From the NCBI RefSeq assembly GCF_001194135.2, contig NC_069002.1:26860058-26898228 (forward strand): a DNA stretch of 38,171 nt, read 5' to 3'. The stretch comes from Octopus bimaculoides. Taxonomy: Eukaryota. How positions within the stretch are numbered: the first letter of the stretch is position 1; every line of letters begins with the position of its first letter. The translations under genes were made by a program, and so were the position numbers. Below, in pieces: positions 21,390 through 34,608 of this stretch. The notes beneath the pieces are model-generated. The model had not been told where the DNA came from. It did not search any database and saw only the letters and a list, made by a program, of their open reading frames with translations.

Positions 21390-21894
21390 GGACTACATCA
21401 ATGTTTGTATCTCCTAATTTTATCCCTAATTTTTTTCCTGGAATTTACAAGAAATTTCCATGCCTGAAACCAAATTACTGGGCTGTTGCGATGTTTTACT
21501 GATCTATTTACTAATAATGGTCCTAGAATCATAGAATAATGTTATTAGATTAGACTAGTTAGTTCTTTAGTTTCTGGTAATGGTTCCAAGAGAAGTTATG
21601 CTTTTGACTAGTATGTGTAATTGTGTCTTTCAATGGTTACTCTTACCGTGAGCAGATAAGGTTATCGTGTCAAACTAGCAAACAACACTTTTAGTGCTTA
21701 TTCGTCTTTCTATAACTAGGAGCAACCTTATTCATGGTTGCTAAGATTTTCATCTTGAAAACCGTGAGAGGGAATAAGGAATGAAATGGTGACCTCGGTC
21801 ATATTATATACATACACACACATACATACACATTGTAACTTTTATCTCTGGCTTTCAGTAATTATTTTAATAACCCTATAACATTACATATCTA

Positions 21895-22446
21895 CAGATT
21901 GTCTATAAATCCGTGTGCAATTTAAAATACTTGTCATAGCTATACATGACAGAACTAATCTGGTAAAAAGTATAAGAAAGAACAAGTATTTAAATTAATT
22001 ATTGGGATTGTTAATTTTCAATATGTCCACAATCATTCCATACACAAATGGTTATATGAAAAATATTTTGCAGCTGGTTTTTCAGTAATACCATCTATCA
22101 CATCAATTATCCTTGTTTGCATGTCCTCTGAAGATTGAAGTTTGGTTGAATAATGGATTCTAAACCTTTGGACAGCAACAGTAGATTTTAGCTCATCTAA
22201 CCAAAGAACAGAGTTTCCTTCCTCTTTGCAGGGAAGCCATAGGTCAACAGCAATTCCACAAAAATAAGACATTTTGAAGTTTAAAGAAAAAGATTAAAAA
22301 AATAGTAGTTAAAACACATAATAAACCAATTTTCCAAAGACAAGGAAAAAAAAAAACTAGAAACATCGAGCTTTCTTACAGATTACTTCTATCAAATATA
22401 AAGCTGTAGGTATTTGAAATTGCACACAGACTTTATAGACACCCTG
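21895..22446 (-). mobile_element. Tc1/mariner-type internally deleted element, TA-flanked, retaining the transposase N-terminus
   Basis: Imperfect TIRs TA|CAGATTGTCTATAAATCCGTGTGCAATTT versus TA|CAGGGTGTCTATAAAGTCTGTGTGCAATTT (reverse complement). Minus strand reads MASLQ/EEGNSVLWLDELKSTVAVQRFRIHY, resembling DUF4817-type HTH starts (EKAQCVLWF.ETKS...VQR.FR..Y). Confidence 0.7.
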
Positions 22447-23769
22447 TATATATAAAGGCTATAGATTGAGAAAGCACTCTGTAAGCAATGATGCCTTTTT
22501 ATTATTTTGCAATATTGAGTTGAGAGTTCAACTCCCCCCTCCCCTCTCATGAGTGTCACTCAGAGCAGAGTGGACTCCTAAGTTTTTCTTGATAAGCCTT
22601 ATAATGATATCTCTCCTAATCCAGTAGATTATTGCTATAGCAACTTGAATATTTTAAACATAATAGAAAAGACTTAAATTTTACTTCTTTGTATTCAAAC
22701 TAACTTCCCAAACCATTCCTTAATCCCTAAAATACTTCCCTAAACTGTTTATTGCCCCTCTCTACCTTTATCTGTGGCATTCAGTCTTTCTAACTTCCAT
22801 TCTATTCTTTATACCATTAATTCTCTGTAGTTTTTTCGCTATGGCATTCTAGTTCAGTTTCATGTTCTTCAGAACTCCAGCTTACTAAATAACAAACAAT
22901 CAAAAATATTCTGCTAACCATACTAAAATCTGCAAAACTTCTTGAACATTACCATCTTTGGAGCAGTTTATATCAATGTCTCTTTTGAAATGTGAATCTT
23001 CTACCAAAATGGTTCATTTCTTCAGAGTTTCATTAAATCACATCAGCTCAAGTTGATAGGTTATCAGAGTGCAGACTGCTGTTGGAATGGACAGTCACAT
23101 TACTCCTGTCTGTGAAATGTCCCATGAACCGAGACATTTAATGATTGAACAGCTAAGTCTATCTAGTTACAAATAGAAGCTATGAATGGTTCTATATCAT
23201 TCTGAGTTGAAGAAGTACCACCTGATGAACATCTTAATGTAACTTGCAATAAACATTGATGTCCCAGGTTCCACAAGGCTAAACTACCTCTAGGTATTTC
23301 AGCCTTTCTATAGAACCAATCTTGAAGTAGATTACCCAATAATCAATGGTTATGGCATTTATGATATTGCAACAAAACAGAAAAAGCCTGGAGGTGATTC
23401 CTCTAAGATTCCTTAATTACATTCAAACTCCCACATATATTTTATTTTCTGTTGAGTATTTTAACTTAAATGACTTATATCCTTGTTTTTGTCCAAAAAT
23501 GGAAAAAACCTAGATTTATTGTTTAATTCAAAAATATCGACTAAACATCATCAAAGGGTTTGTAGGTTCTTTGATCTTAATTAAGGTGTAATTTAACTTA
23601 ATGTGATCGAGTTCGTTGTGAGGATTATTTTATAACATCTTATTTCTATATTCTTTTCGATGTTTACTTCCATACACATAAACACATATCTAATATACAG
23701 ATATAAACATATATACACATTCACACACACAAGCATGCATACACACATGCATACAAACAAACACATACA

Positions 23770-24145
23770 TTTTGTTTCAGTCGTTTGACAGCGGCCATGC
23801 TGGAGCACTACCTTTAATCGATCAAATCAACCCCAGGACTTATTCTTTGTAAGCCTAGTACTTATTCTATCAGTCTCTTTTGCTGAACCGCTAAGTTACA
23901 GGGACGTAAACACACCAGCATCGGTTGTCAAGCGATGGTGGGGCAGATAAACACAGACACACAAACATACACACACACACACACATATACGATGGACTTC
24001 TTTCAGTTTCCGTCTACCAAATCTACTCACAAGGCTTTGGTCGACCCGAGGCTATAGTAGAAGACACTTGCCCAAGGTGCCACGCAGTGGGACTGAACTC
24101 AGAGCCATGTGGTTGGTAAGCAAGCTACTTACCACACAGCCACTT
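23770..24145 (-). mobile_element. SINE family A, near-full length
   Basis: High similarity to the copy at 2082-2490. Confidence 0.9.
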
Positions 24146-25000
24146 TCATTATTCATTAACATATGGAATTGGTTAAAAGTGGAATGAAAGACTTTCTTTT
24201 TCCTTTCCCCATTCCTTAAATGAAAAATATATTTCATTCAGGATCTTCCAAAACAAGAGTCTTTAAATAAATTAGCACAACATCGTCATGACAACAATTA
24301 TAATTAACAACAAAAAGGGTGGCGGGGAATGTTACTGGTGACAGAACAAGGTGATTGGAGGTGGGTATTAATAACCTATATTGAAATGAACTATTTAATC
24401 TGAGGTCATTTGACCTGGTTGATAATTTTTCTGATAGCAGAGTATTAGTCTGTTGCCATCGTTAAGCAATTCACCATTAGCTTATCTTTATACTAAAGCA
24501 GTCTGTCATTATCTTACCCTAACTTACCTTTATACAGATACAATCTACCTTGATTGTTAATGTTTTTTTTTTTTTTTATTTGCTACCATTATTATTGTTG
24601 TTGTGTATTTCTAATAAAAAATCCACTGATAAAGAAATAGAGCCGGTAGGAATTGTTCAGAGTAAACAAGTTGAACTGATGAGAGTAACCTTTACAATAA
24701 AGTCTATGAAATGTCATAACATTATAAGAGAGAGAGACTGTCCTGAACAACTACAGCGACCACCACCAATAACATTGCTACTACCACTACAACCATTGTC
24801 TCTACTATAGCTACTACTGTCCCACCTTGATACAAATTTTATTTCCTTCCTAATTCCTTGTTGCTTTGTCTTCAGAAATGTCCTGTAGGTTGTAATCCCA
24901 GAAACCATGTGCGATATCACAATTCTAGAATAAGGTTTAAAAAACTGAAGAAAAAATAAGAAACTAGGAATTCAATTTATCTGTTTATGGGTGATCTGTG

Positions 25001-25210
25001 GAGGAATGTAGTTCAGTGGTTAGGATGTTACATTCACAATCATGAGATTGTGGGTTCAATTCCCAGACCAGGCAGTGCTTTGCGTTCTTGAGCAAAACAT
25101 AACTTTCACATTGCTGCAGTGCACTCAGCTGTAATTGGGTTGACCCTGCACTGGAATGGTGTTTTGCTTAGGGGGGAATGTTGACATGCCTGCTTAGCCA
25201 GCAGGGTGTA
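25001..25210 (+). mobile_element. Third tRNA-derived SINE type (C); a second decayed copy lies at ~17010-17130
   Basis: gtagttcagtggttagg (box A), ggttcaattccc (box B), ttgagcaaaac..cacattgct.cagt.cactcagctgta shared with 17075-17125. Confidence 0.6.
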
Positions 25211-25763
25211 ACAACGTCCAATAATTTGATCGATACCGTCTTGTGTCAACTACCAATTTAAATATGGAACAAAAACAATTGGTGTTGTGTCATCTAGTTA
25301 AACGTCATAGAATACCAACACTATGTTTAGCTGTAGCTTGGCCAAATGGTTCAGAAGTTCACAACCACAAGAATCCAGGTTCAAACTCACTGTACAGCAT
25401 CTTAAACAAATGTATTTTACAGCGGCCTTGGGTTAACTCAAACCTTGTGAGTGAATGTAGGTTGATGGAAACTATGCTGAAGCCTGCTGAGTAGATTGTA
25501 ACTAATTGCAATTCAAACCATCCACCCTTGTCACATATGTAATTCTCATGGTACTTGGAAATTACATAAATGGTACATGTGTCAATGGAAATGGTCAGTC
25601 ATATACACACAAATTTTATGAACAGGGAATTCAGTTAATTGAACAACTGATGACCCATTATTGAAACCAAATGAAGATCCAATTAATTAATCTACTAACG
25701 AGCACTTACATTCAGTAGTAAGCATTATTGATCTTTGGTCCTATCTCAATCAAAATTTTACTT

Positions 25764-25951
25764 TTAACCCTTTAGCTTATAAACTGGCCATATCTGACCT
25801 TTCTCACCTACTCTACAATGTCATTCTAAAAAATAAACAATTACATCACCAGATACTTAAATCCACAGGACATTGCATGATAAATTCAAAACAATGTGAA
25901 TAAATAATAAGAATTACATTTGACAGAATAATTCGAACACCAAATGGTTAA
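25764..25951. mobile_element. piggyBac-like MITE, internally deleted copy
   Basis: TTAACCCTTTAGC ... ACACCAAATGGTTAA. Confidence 0.7.
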
Positions 25952-26231
25952 AATTCCTGAGAAAACTTACTTCCTACTTTCTCTTTCAATCCCCAAAACC
26001 CAGTAGCAAACAACTAAAGCATCGGTTTTTAGATTCCATTACAGCTTAATTCTCTCTCCCCCCCCCCCCCNNNNNNNNNNNNNNNNNNNNNNNNNNNNNN
26101 NNNNNNNNNNNNNNNNNNNNNNNCACACACACACACACACCACCACCACCACCACTGAATGCTTATAACCTTATGAAACTAATTTGTGATTTTTTTTTTT
26201 TTAACATTTTGCCCTTATTACTAGACAGGGC

Positions 26232-26374
26232 AATAGGTTGGCAGACCTTTTGGAGCATTACTTTGTGGTATTTTCTCCAACTCTGTAAGTTCTGAGTTCA
26301 AATCCTGCCAAGAGCTGCGGTCTAAGGCTCTTAAAATTGTTGGCTTTGTGCCTAAATCAGAGACAATTATTATG

Positions 26375-26406
<32 letters not shown>

Positions 26407-26407
26407 G

Positions 26408-26491
<84 letters not shown>

Positions 26492-26610
26492 GTGGCAAGC
26501 TGGCAGAATTGTCAGCATGGCAGACAATATGCCTGGCAGCATTTCATTTGTTTCTATGCTCTGAGTTCAAATCCCACCAAGATCAACTCCACCTTTCAGG
26601 GTCAATGTAC
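26232..26610 (+). mobile_element. Two degenerate SINE family B copies around a long (ATT)n
   Basis: gttctgagttcaaatcc at ~26290 and ~26560; (ATT)n at ~26370-26490. Confidence 0.65.
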
Positions 26611-26911
26611 TAGGGCTCAACCTTTGAGAGACCCTGGACGTGGTTGGCTAACTTGTTACAAATAGCAGCCAAACCTTCCTCACATCATAGTCTACTCTCT
26701 TAATAAGATTTGAAGACATACCTTAAGCACAGATGGGATGGTCATGGATTGAACCCTTTAGAACAACAAATCTATTCAATGAGGACTGACCTGGGATTTA
26801 ACAATAATAGCTACAACAATTTAAGTTCTGTTTAGTTCATAACCTACACTGTTCAAATATATTGATAATCAAATATTATTTCGTACTTCATTTGAGATTT
26901 TTCTTTTTTAG

Positions 26912-27110
26912 TTTATCGTCATCGTCATTTAACATGCAGTTTCCAAGTTAGCATGGGTTGGGCAGTTTGGCAGGAACTGACAGTCAGAAGAATGTGTCAA
27001 GTTCCAGTGTCTGCTTTGACAAGGTTTCTGTGGTTGGATGTCCTTCCTACTGCCAACCACTTTACAGAGTGTAGTGGGTGCTTTTTATGTTGCACCAGTG
27101 AGGTCACTCA
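26912..27110 (-). mobile_element. RTE-type 3' tail fragment
   Basis: tcatcgtcatttaac..gcatgggttgggcagtttg..ggatgtccttcctactgccaaccac..gtgggtgctttttatg. Confidence 0.7.
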
Positions 27111-27236
27111 GAAAAGCCAAAAACAGGAGAAAAGAAAGATGCCTTGACTGAGGGAAGGTTTGAGAGTCTAAACTATGATAGAGGGACAGAAACTGTCTAG
27201 CTGTGGTAGAGATACATGGTTACCCAACATTATAAG

Positions 27237-27370
27237 TGTTTTTGATCTAGTTTGGATTTTTTGCAATCAAATTTGAATTCTTTGCCATCAAATTTGTACT
27301 ACTTTGCCATCAAATTTGAATTCTTTGCAATCGAATTTGATTGCAAAGAATCCAAACTAGATCGAAAACA
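27237..27370. repeat. Small foldback with 39-bp arms around 21-22-bp tandem units
   Basis: Arms 27237-27275 and 27332-27370 match at 36 of 39 positions; internal repeats (a)attctttgccatcaaatttg. Confidence 0.8.
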
Positions 27371-27777
27371 TCTATACATAAGGGTGGGTTGGAACAGTTG
27401 GAAAGAATATTTCAACCACAAGGTACGAGAAGGTGAAGCAATAATTCTTGCAGTCTACAGTGAAATATATTTACTCTCATTGCACAGACCTCTAATTTGC
27501 TTTCTACAATGTTCTCTATAACAACGTTTGTGAATTCAGACTCCCCCCACCCCAACTTTTGTTTTCTTTTGTGGTGGTGATGAGAGAATAGGGGAGGAGG
27601 GAGGTTGGCTAAGACATTTCATTAGGGAAGGTGAAAGAAATTAATTTTTATTTTCCATATAACTAAATTATAAACTATCCCAATCTGAAATATTCCAAGA
27701 GCTCCCTATTTACTAAGTAAAGAAACATTTCAATTAATGATGTCACATCCCTGCCTCTATATAATTATATATATATC

Positions 27778-27824
27778 TCGTTGCTATTATGTTAAACTGT
27801 CGTATGTCCAAATTTAGCCAAATG

Positions 27825-27859
<35 letters not shown>

Positions 27860-28198
27860 CAATATTTAATTTTGCTTGCAATAGCCGGTTCTTCTGGTCA
27901 AACTATCGTATCTCCAGCTGCTTCACATGCCAAGATATCAAAAATTGTCAAAAGTGTAGTATAATGGTTTAGCATTTTTCAAAAGTGTAGTAACTCCCAC
28001 ATATGACAGTTTTGCAAAAATATTTCTGACTGAAAATATCGTACATACATGGAGTTACGATTTTATGCACCCTACAAAGTATTATTGTTAAGCTGAAACT
28101 GTTGCTAATGTAAAAAGAAGTGGGATGGTGAAACTATTTTTTTGTTTTCTGAAAAAGCAACATTTTGGACTTACGACACTTTTGCTTAATAGCAACGA
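27778..28198. mobile_element. MITE-like element with ~50-bp imperfect terminal inverted repeats in (TA)n flanks
   Basis: cgttgctattatgttaaactgtcgtatgtccaaa versus reverse complement of tttggacttacgacacttttgcttaatagcaacg. Confidence 0.65.
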
Positions 28199-28697
28199 TA
28201 TATATATAATATCTTATTTTAGTCAAGTCACCCTCTTGCTACTCTGAGTTTCACTTGCAAGTATGTATGATCTTCAGGCAAGTTGTGAGGGGAAAATTGA
28301 AGGGGTTTGTTTGCACACTGATATATAGTTGATTAGTCATAAGATATGATGATGGGGAGAAAGTATGATAAAATGAGGAGTGTTGTACTGAACAGCATTG
28401 GCTGGGGGGATTACATCCATTTAGTATTAACTGGACGGGGGGGGAGAATACTCACTACTGTAGTGGAGGTCAGTGACATTTTATTTACAGTGAAAATGTG
28501 CAGACCATCATTTTCCAGTTGCAATTTGCCTGACTACCTTGGGTGCCTACAAACTCAGGGTAGCAAGAAGTTGACTTGACCTAAATAAAATAATAATTTC
28601 TGCCAAGGTATTGAGTATTTTCCATATCATTAATACTAATTTGCATATATGATTAGATTTAGTGACTAATAGAAAACATAAGTTTAACCATCATTCA

Positions 28698-28745
<48 letters not shown>

Positions 28746-28836
28746 AAAAACTGAATGGAAATTACTTTACTGATAATTTTTCCATTTTAATAATTTGATG
28801 TCCATAAACGATTTGCAAACACAAATTTCTAAACAT

Positions 28837-29065
28837 TTAACCCTTTGGTGTTTAAGCCGGCCATATTCAGCCCAAATATCCTACATGATTTACATTCAAA
28901 CTGGCCATATCTAGCCCCTCACACCTAACCTACATTGACATTCTAAGAATAAATTATCACACCATCGAAACTTCAAAGCTGTAAGATAATGCATGATTAA
29001 TTCAAAACAATTTGAGTGCAAAATGTATTACATTTAACAGATTAATCTGAACACTAAAGGGTTAA
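28837..29065. mobile_element. piggyBac-like MITE, same family
   Basis: TTAACCCTTTGGTGTTTA ... TGAACACTAAAGGGTTAA; same internal caaactgg..gataatgca motifs. Confidence 0.85.
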
Positions 29066-29114
29066 TTATTAAAGTGGAAAAATTATCAGAAAAGCCATTC
29101 CTATTCATTTTTTC

Positions 29115-29148
<34 letters not shown>

Positions 29149-29403
29149 AAATGAGAGAATATGCTACATGTTTGAAGTTTATCAATTTAGCTCTAATTGC
29201 AAAGAAAACTTAAAACTTTTAACTTCACAGCCAGATTCTGTAAACGTATATGAGTTGGGCAGTTCACGTTCACTCATTTTGTTGACCATCTCTGGCCAGC
29301 CAGATAAAAGTGCTCTTCAGCTAGCCAAAAGGACAATGTACAAAGGCTTGACTACTGCTGTATAAAAACCCTTATTCTTTATACTATTATTATTATTATT
29401 GAA

Positions 29404-29436
<33 letters not shown>

Positions 29437-29864
29437 TGAATGATTTATATTGATGAAGTTTCTTTTTATATTTAGCACATGTATACTACCATGTATATGA
29501 AAGACATGTATAAGCAATACTGAAACAAAACAAAAAAATCAAAATCACCAAAAAAAAAAAGAGAGAGAGAGAAAGAAAGAGAGAAAATAATGAAAAATAA
29601 CAACAAAGTCTTTAATTAGTCAATTTGGACAATAAGAAAAAGAAAAAAACACAATGATAATATTCTTAACGGTTATTATCTTTATATTTTTTTTAACAAG
29701 ATTCGAAGACAAACAAACAAAAAAAAATATTGTCAACATTTTTTGTAGCCTAAAAGACATTTTCTGCTATGTAAGTGGTTTTTATTTTTTAGTTTTTCTC
29801 TTTTTTTTTTATATTTTCATTTTTTAAATTATCTTTCTAACATTTACTGTGCTGAAGATTTATT

Positions 29865-30290
29865 TACTGTGTGTGTGTGTTTGTATAATATCTGTATGTA
29901 TATCCATATATGAATGTATATGTATACATGTGTATGAGTATGTGTGTGTCTAAGTATATATATAAGTGTGTGTATGTGTATATATATGTGTGTGTGTGTG
30001 TGAGAGAGAATATGAGTATGTATGTATGTACGTGTGTGTATTAGTCTACATGTATATATGTTGTGCTTGTGTATATCTGTGTATATATATGATTGTGTGT
30101 GTATGTGTAAGAGAATATGAGTATATGTATACAGGTGTGTGTAGGTGTATGAGTGTATACGTATGTACATATATGTCTGAATGTATATGTTATTTATATA
30201 TATATATGTATATATATATGTACATGTGTGTATGAATGTACATGTATATGCTGTGTGTGTGTGTGTGCTTGTATAAATACACACATAAAT
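29865..30290. repeat. Degenerate (TA)/(TG) microsatellite tract
   Basis: Low-complexity alternating purine-pyrimidine sequence; source of spurious ORFs. Confidence 0.9.
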
Positions 30291-30965
30291 TACACAGGAG
30301 TGACTGAAATACTTTAAATATTACATAGATTTTTCCATAATATGTGTTCCCTAGTTAAAACCTAAGTCAAATACAATAATATAATTTTCTGAAACTATAT
30401 GATAATAATAAAACTCGATATCCATTTTAACTATATTTAATACGGGGGTGGGGGGCATAAATTAAAGGGAGACAACTAGAGTATATGTAATAGTTGAATA
30501 ACTTGAGTAATATTTATAACTTCTATATTTGCCCCAGGCATGACACATTACGTTACAATTTTACAAAGGACTTGTGACATCACTTGTGGCTCTTTCTGGA
30601 ACTGGGAAAATAAAGTTCCAGTCGAGAACTGGACTGAGCCTCCCTCATCCCCATCTCTTTTGAACTTACTGGCTTTGTGCCTTAATTAGATGCAATTAAT
30701 GCATTAACGAGTGGTATATCATCTGAAATAAACAATACACATTATATATATATATATATATATATATATNNNNNNNNNNNNNNNNNNNNNNNNNNNNNNN
30801 NNNNNNNNNNNNNNNNNNNNNNNNNNNNNNNNNNNNNNNNNNNNNNNNNNNNNNNNNNNNNNNNNNNNNNNNNNNNNNNNNNNNNNNNNNNNNNNNNNNN
30901 NNNNNNNNNNNNNNNNNNNNNNNNNNNNNNNNNNNNNNNNNNNNNNNNNNNNNNNNNNNNNNNNN

Positions 30966-30996
<31 letters not shown>

Positions 30997-31557
30997 TAGA
31001 GAGGGAGACGGTGTATTCTCTTGACTATTGAGTTTCCTTCTTCAGCAAGATCCTCATCTCACCCCACTTAAAGCAACCATCTTCTTAGGTTGAACCTTCC
31101 TAGGAATTGCGGTTGTGACTGTTTAACATTCTAAATCATAGAACAACTTGTTCTACAATAAAGTGGGGATGGTCATATATGGAAGCACATAGTTTATTTG
31201 ACCACCTCCACATCATGAGGCTATGACTTGATCAGGGCTGACTGTGGCTCATCTAAACACTACGAAGAATTCACTTCATTTCAGTCAAAGACAATCCATC
31301 ATCTAATTAACGTTTTAAGACCAAACACGATCCAGTTTTATTAAAATTACAATGTAACTGCAACATTAGTCTAATTAATTACTGTCTTCATTAGCAACAG
31401 ACAACATAGTCCAGTTGTTAAGGTTACGAGGTGGCTAGGGCATTGCAGCAGTGACCACTAAATGTCCACTCATAAGTTTACATATTTCCAATGGTAGATA
31501 GGAATCTGTGCATGATTTGTCTCATTCGAATGCATCAGAATCACCTATATATATATA

Positions 31558-31766
31558 TACTCTCTTTACTCTTTTACTTGTTTCAGTCATTTGACTGCGG
31601 CCATGCTGGAGCACCGCCTTTAGTCGAACAACTTGACCCCGGAACTTATTCTTTGTAAGCCTAGTACTTATTCTATTGGTCTCTTTTGCCGAACTGCTAA
31701 GTGACGGGGACATCAACACACCAGCATCAGTTGTCAAGCAATGCTAGGGGGGACAAACACACACAC

Positions 31767-31801
<35 letters not shown>

Positions 31802-31973
31802 CATATATACAACAGGCTTCTTTCAGTTTCCGTCTACCAAATCCACTCACAAGGCTTTGGTCGGCCCGAGGCTATAGTAGAAGACACTTGCCCAAGATGC
31901 CACGCAGTGGGACTGAACCCGGAACCATGTGGTTGGTAAGCAAGCTACTTACGACACAGCCACTCCTGCGCCT
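31558..31973 (-). mobile_element. SINE family A, full length and young-looking
   Basis: Complete head AGGCGCAGGAGTGGCTG through tail AAGTAAAAGAGTAAAGAGAGTA. Confidence 0.92.
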
Positions 31974-34608
31974 ATATATATACACACATACACACACACA
32001 TGCACTGATATATGTACAGTTGCCTGTGTATAGCATATACAGATATACATGCATATACATACAAATGTGCATACATTTAAATATTTTGTATGTGTAAATG
32101 TTACACACATACATATATATGATGTTGTTATATATGCATACATGTGTGTTTGAGTCTGTTCTGATTTGTCTGTATATACTTGTATATACATGTGTGCAAA
32201 GGTAAAATGATTGAATGTTATATTTGTAGGAGGAGAGCAAAGCGTGCTTGAACTGTCTGACTGTAACCAATCTGCTGTGAAGACATTGCCCCACAACCTC
32301 ATTTACTTTTGTTTCGTGTTGTTTTGTTTCTTTTACTTTCTCATTTCCTTTCTATTGTTCCAGCCTTAAATGTTTAAGTAAGGTTTTGTATTATTTACAA
32401 TTTATGATCCTCTGCTATGTCCCCCCACCCCATCTGACCCCCAATTTACTAGACACTTTCTATTTATAGGCTCTGTTTGGCTGTGTCAGCCACCGTAAAA
32501 GCAACAATCATAACAATTCCTTAGAATTAACACAACCATTAATAATATCTATCTTGATTAGATGCTGCATTTAGTGTTGATAATTAACATGATCAATAAC
32601 TCAATAACCTTCAGTAAAAATCACTTTAGCATGGAATCGAAACTGTGTCCTGGACTTACGTCCTGGACGTATTGCCAGGTCCATAGTAATGCCCAACCAA
32701 GGAGTTAATTGTTTGTCTCTGATGTTGTATCGGTAATTATCAATGGATGAAACATTTGAAGTAGATTTATCAATTTTAAGAGTTCAACATATGGCTATAA
32801 GGAAGTTGAATTAATTATGTATGTGTGTGTGTATACATATTATGTATAACGTGCATGTATATATGTTTGTTATACTAAAGTAGGTACATCATCATCACAG
32901 AAATTGTATACACATGTTTATATACATTAAATGTATACACACATTTTTATACATTAACTGTATACACACATTCATATACATACATATTGTTTTCAAGTGT
33001 TTCGTTGCAATGTAAAAGAAAATTTTCTTTATTCAATCAAAACACTATTTCCTTTAATTATTCTTTAATCTTCTTCAGATTATAAACTAAACAACTTCAA
33101 TTTGAGAAAAAACAAATCCCTTTTCTTTTTTTTTAATTTTCTCCTCTTCTTTTTCTCTTCATTTTCTCACAGGGTGCCTCACTTCCAATCATTTTAGACA
33201 GAAAACCCTTTCCTTTAGTCTATAAATTAAACATAGAGCCGATACAGATAAGCTATCATTTCATTTTTCTTTATATTCTTCCCAATTTCAAGCTAACCTC
33301 TCCAGTGCTATTAACCTTCAACATTTCACACAATTGATATCCAATCCCCATGACCACCTCCTACAATTTCTATATTTTCTGCTGTCTTTTGTTATAAAAG
33401 CTGAAATATATCTTCCACTTTTTTTTTCTCTTCAAGCATTTATAAAACTAAAATCTTTTGATATTTTTCGAAGCTGCTGAGAAACACGTTTTTCTTTCTT
33501 TCTTTTTTTTCCTTCCTCCTCCTCCTCCTTTTAGTCTACAAAGTTTCTTATTCCTTAACTTCATTCTAAGAGATTCTGCCATCCATATTCTTACTATTTC
33601 ATGAGGAATAAAACTTTGGAGTAGTTTGCACAAATCAGATAATCTATAGACAGAACCTGTGAACTATTCCAAACTCCCTGTTGAAGTCATGGGTTTATTT
33701 GAGCCAAGCAATCATTGATCACTTTTGGAATCTCTCTGCAACAAATTCTTCAAATTATCTGGTCCATTCTACTCTAAGTCTAGAAGTTTCTTTATCGTAG
33801 TTCTTAAGCCATTTAGTTCCTATAAGAAATCTCCTTCAATATTTCTGACCCCTTAAGAATTTGAGTAGTTAAATCATTCTAATTTACAGTTAGAATAAGT
33901 CATCTAAGAGGAAGAATGGTTACTAAACATCATAGGGCAAAAAAAAAGAAACAAAAAACGTTTGTACAATATTCCTTGTGACTGCTAAATTGCTAAGGAA
34001 AAAAAAAGAGAAACAGAGATAATTGCCTTCCTATCCCTAATTAGACCATCATTAAACTGTCCCCTATCATAAACCAATATTAGTCAACTTGAAGAAACAA
34101 AAGGATCAGACACATACCCTTCAAAAGAACAAAACCATAATAAGCAGAACAACCATAGTTAGAATATTTCTTAGAATCTAGTAAAGCCCTTAAGTGTCTC
34201 ACATGACATTCTTTATTTGTATCAGAATCATGTCAAAATTTGTATCTTCAAATTTCTTTTATATATTTTTTTATGTCTAAAACAAAAAAAAAATTGCTCT
34301 TGTATCATTTACTGGTACCATTTTTTTGTTGTATGTTGGGTTTTTTTTCCTTCTTCTCTCTCCTGTAATTGCTCTTTGACCATTTTTATCCATTTTTTTC
34401 AGTTACTGTTTTTGTGAAATATTCTTACAAACAGACTGTATTGTCTGTTAGTTGTATATAAGAGGTGTTTATGGAACGGGAGAGAATTGAAAAATCGCAG
34501 TTGTAGTCAACAGACTGCAATCATTATCAGAGATTTGCATATATGAATAAATTATTTTTTAAATATATCCATTGGTTTTTGTGTTTTTGTGATCATCTTT
34601 TGGCACAG

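Noticed and set aside
29844-32302. Tyr/Ile/His/Val/Cys-rich ORFs
   Set aside because: Translations of TA/CA/TG microsatellites and SINE sequence.
33150-33900. Purine-rich minus-strand stretch with faint LINE-like peptides (..NGPDNL..)
   Set aside because: Too many stops and too little motif conservation to call. The same applies to 22690-23420.
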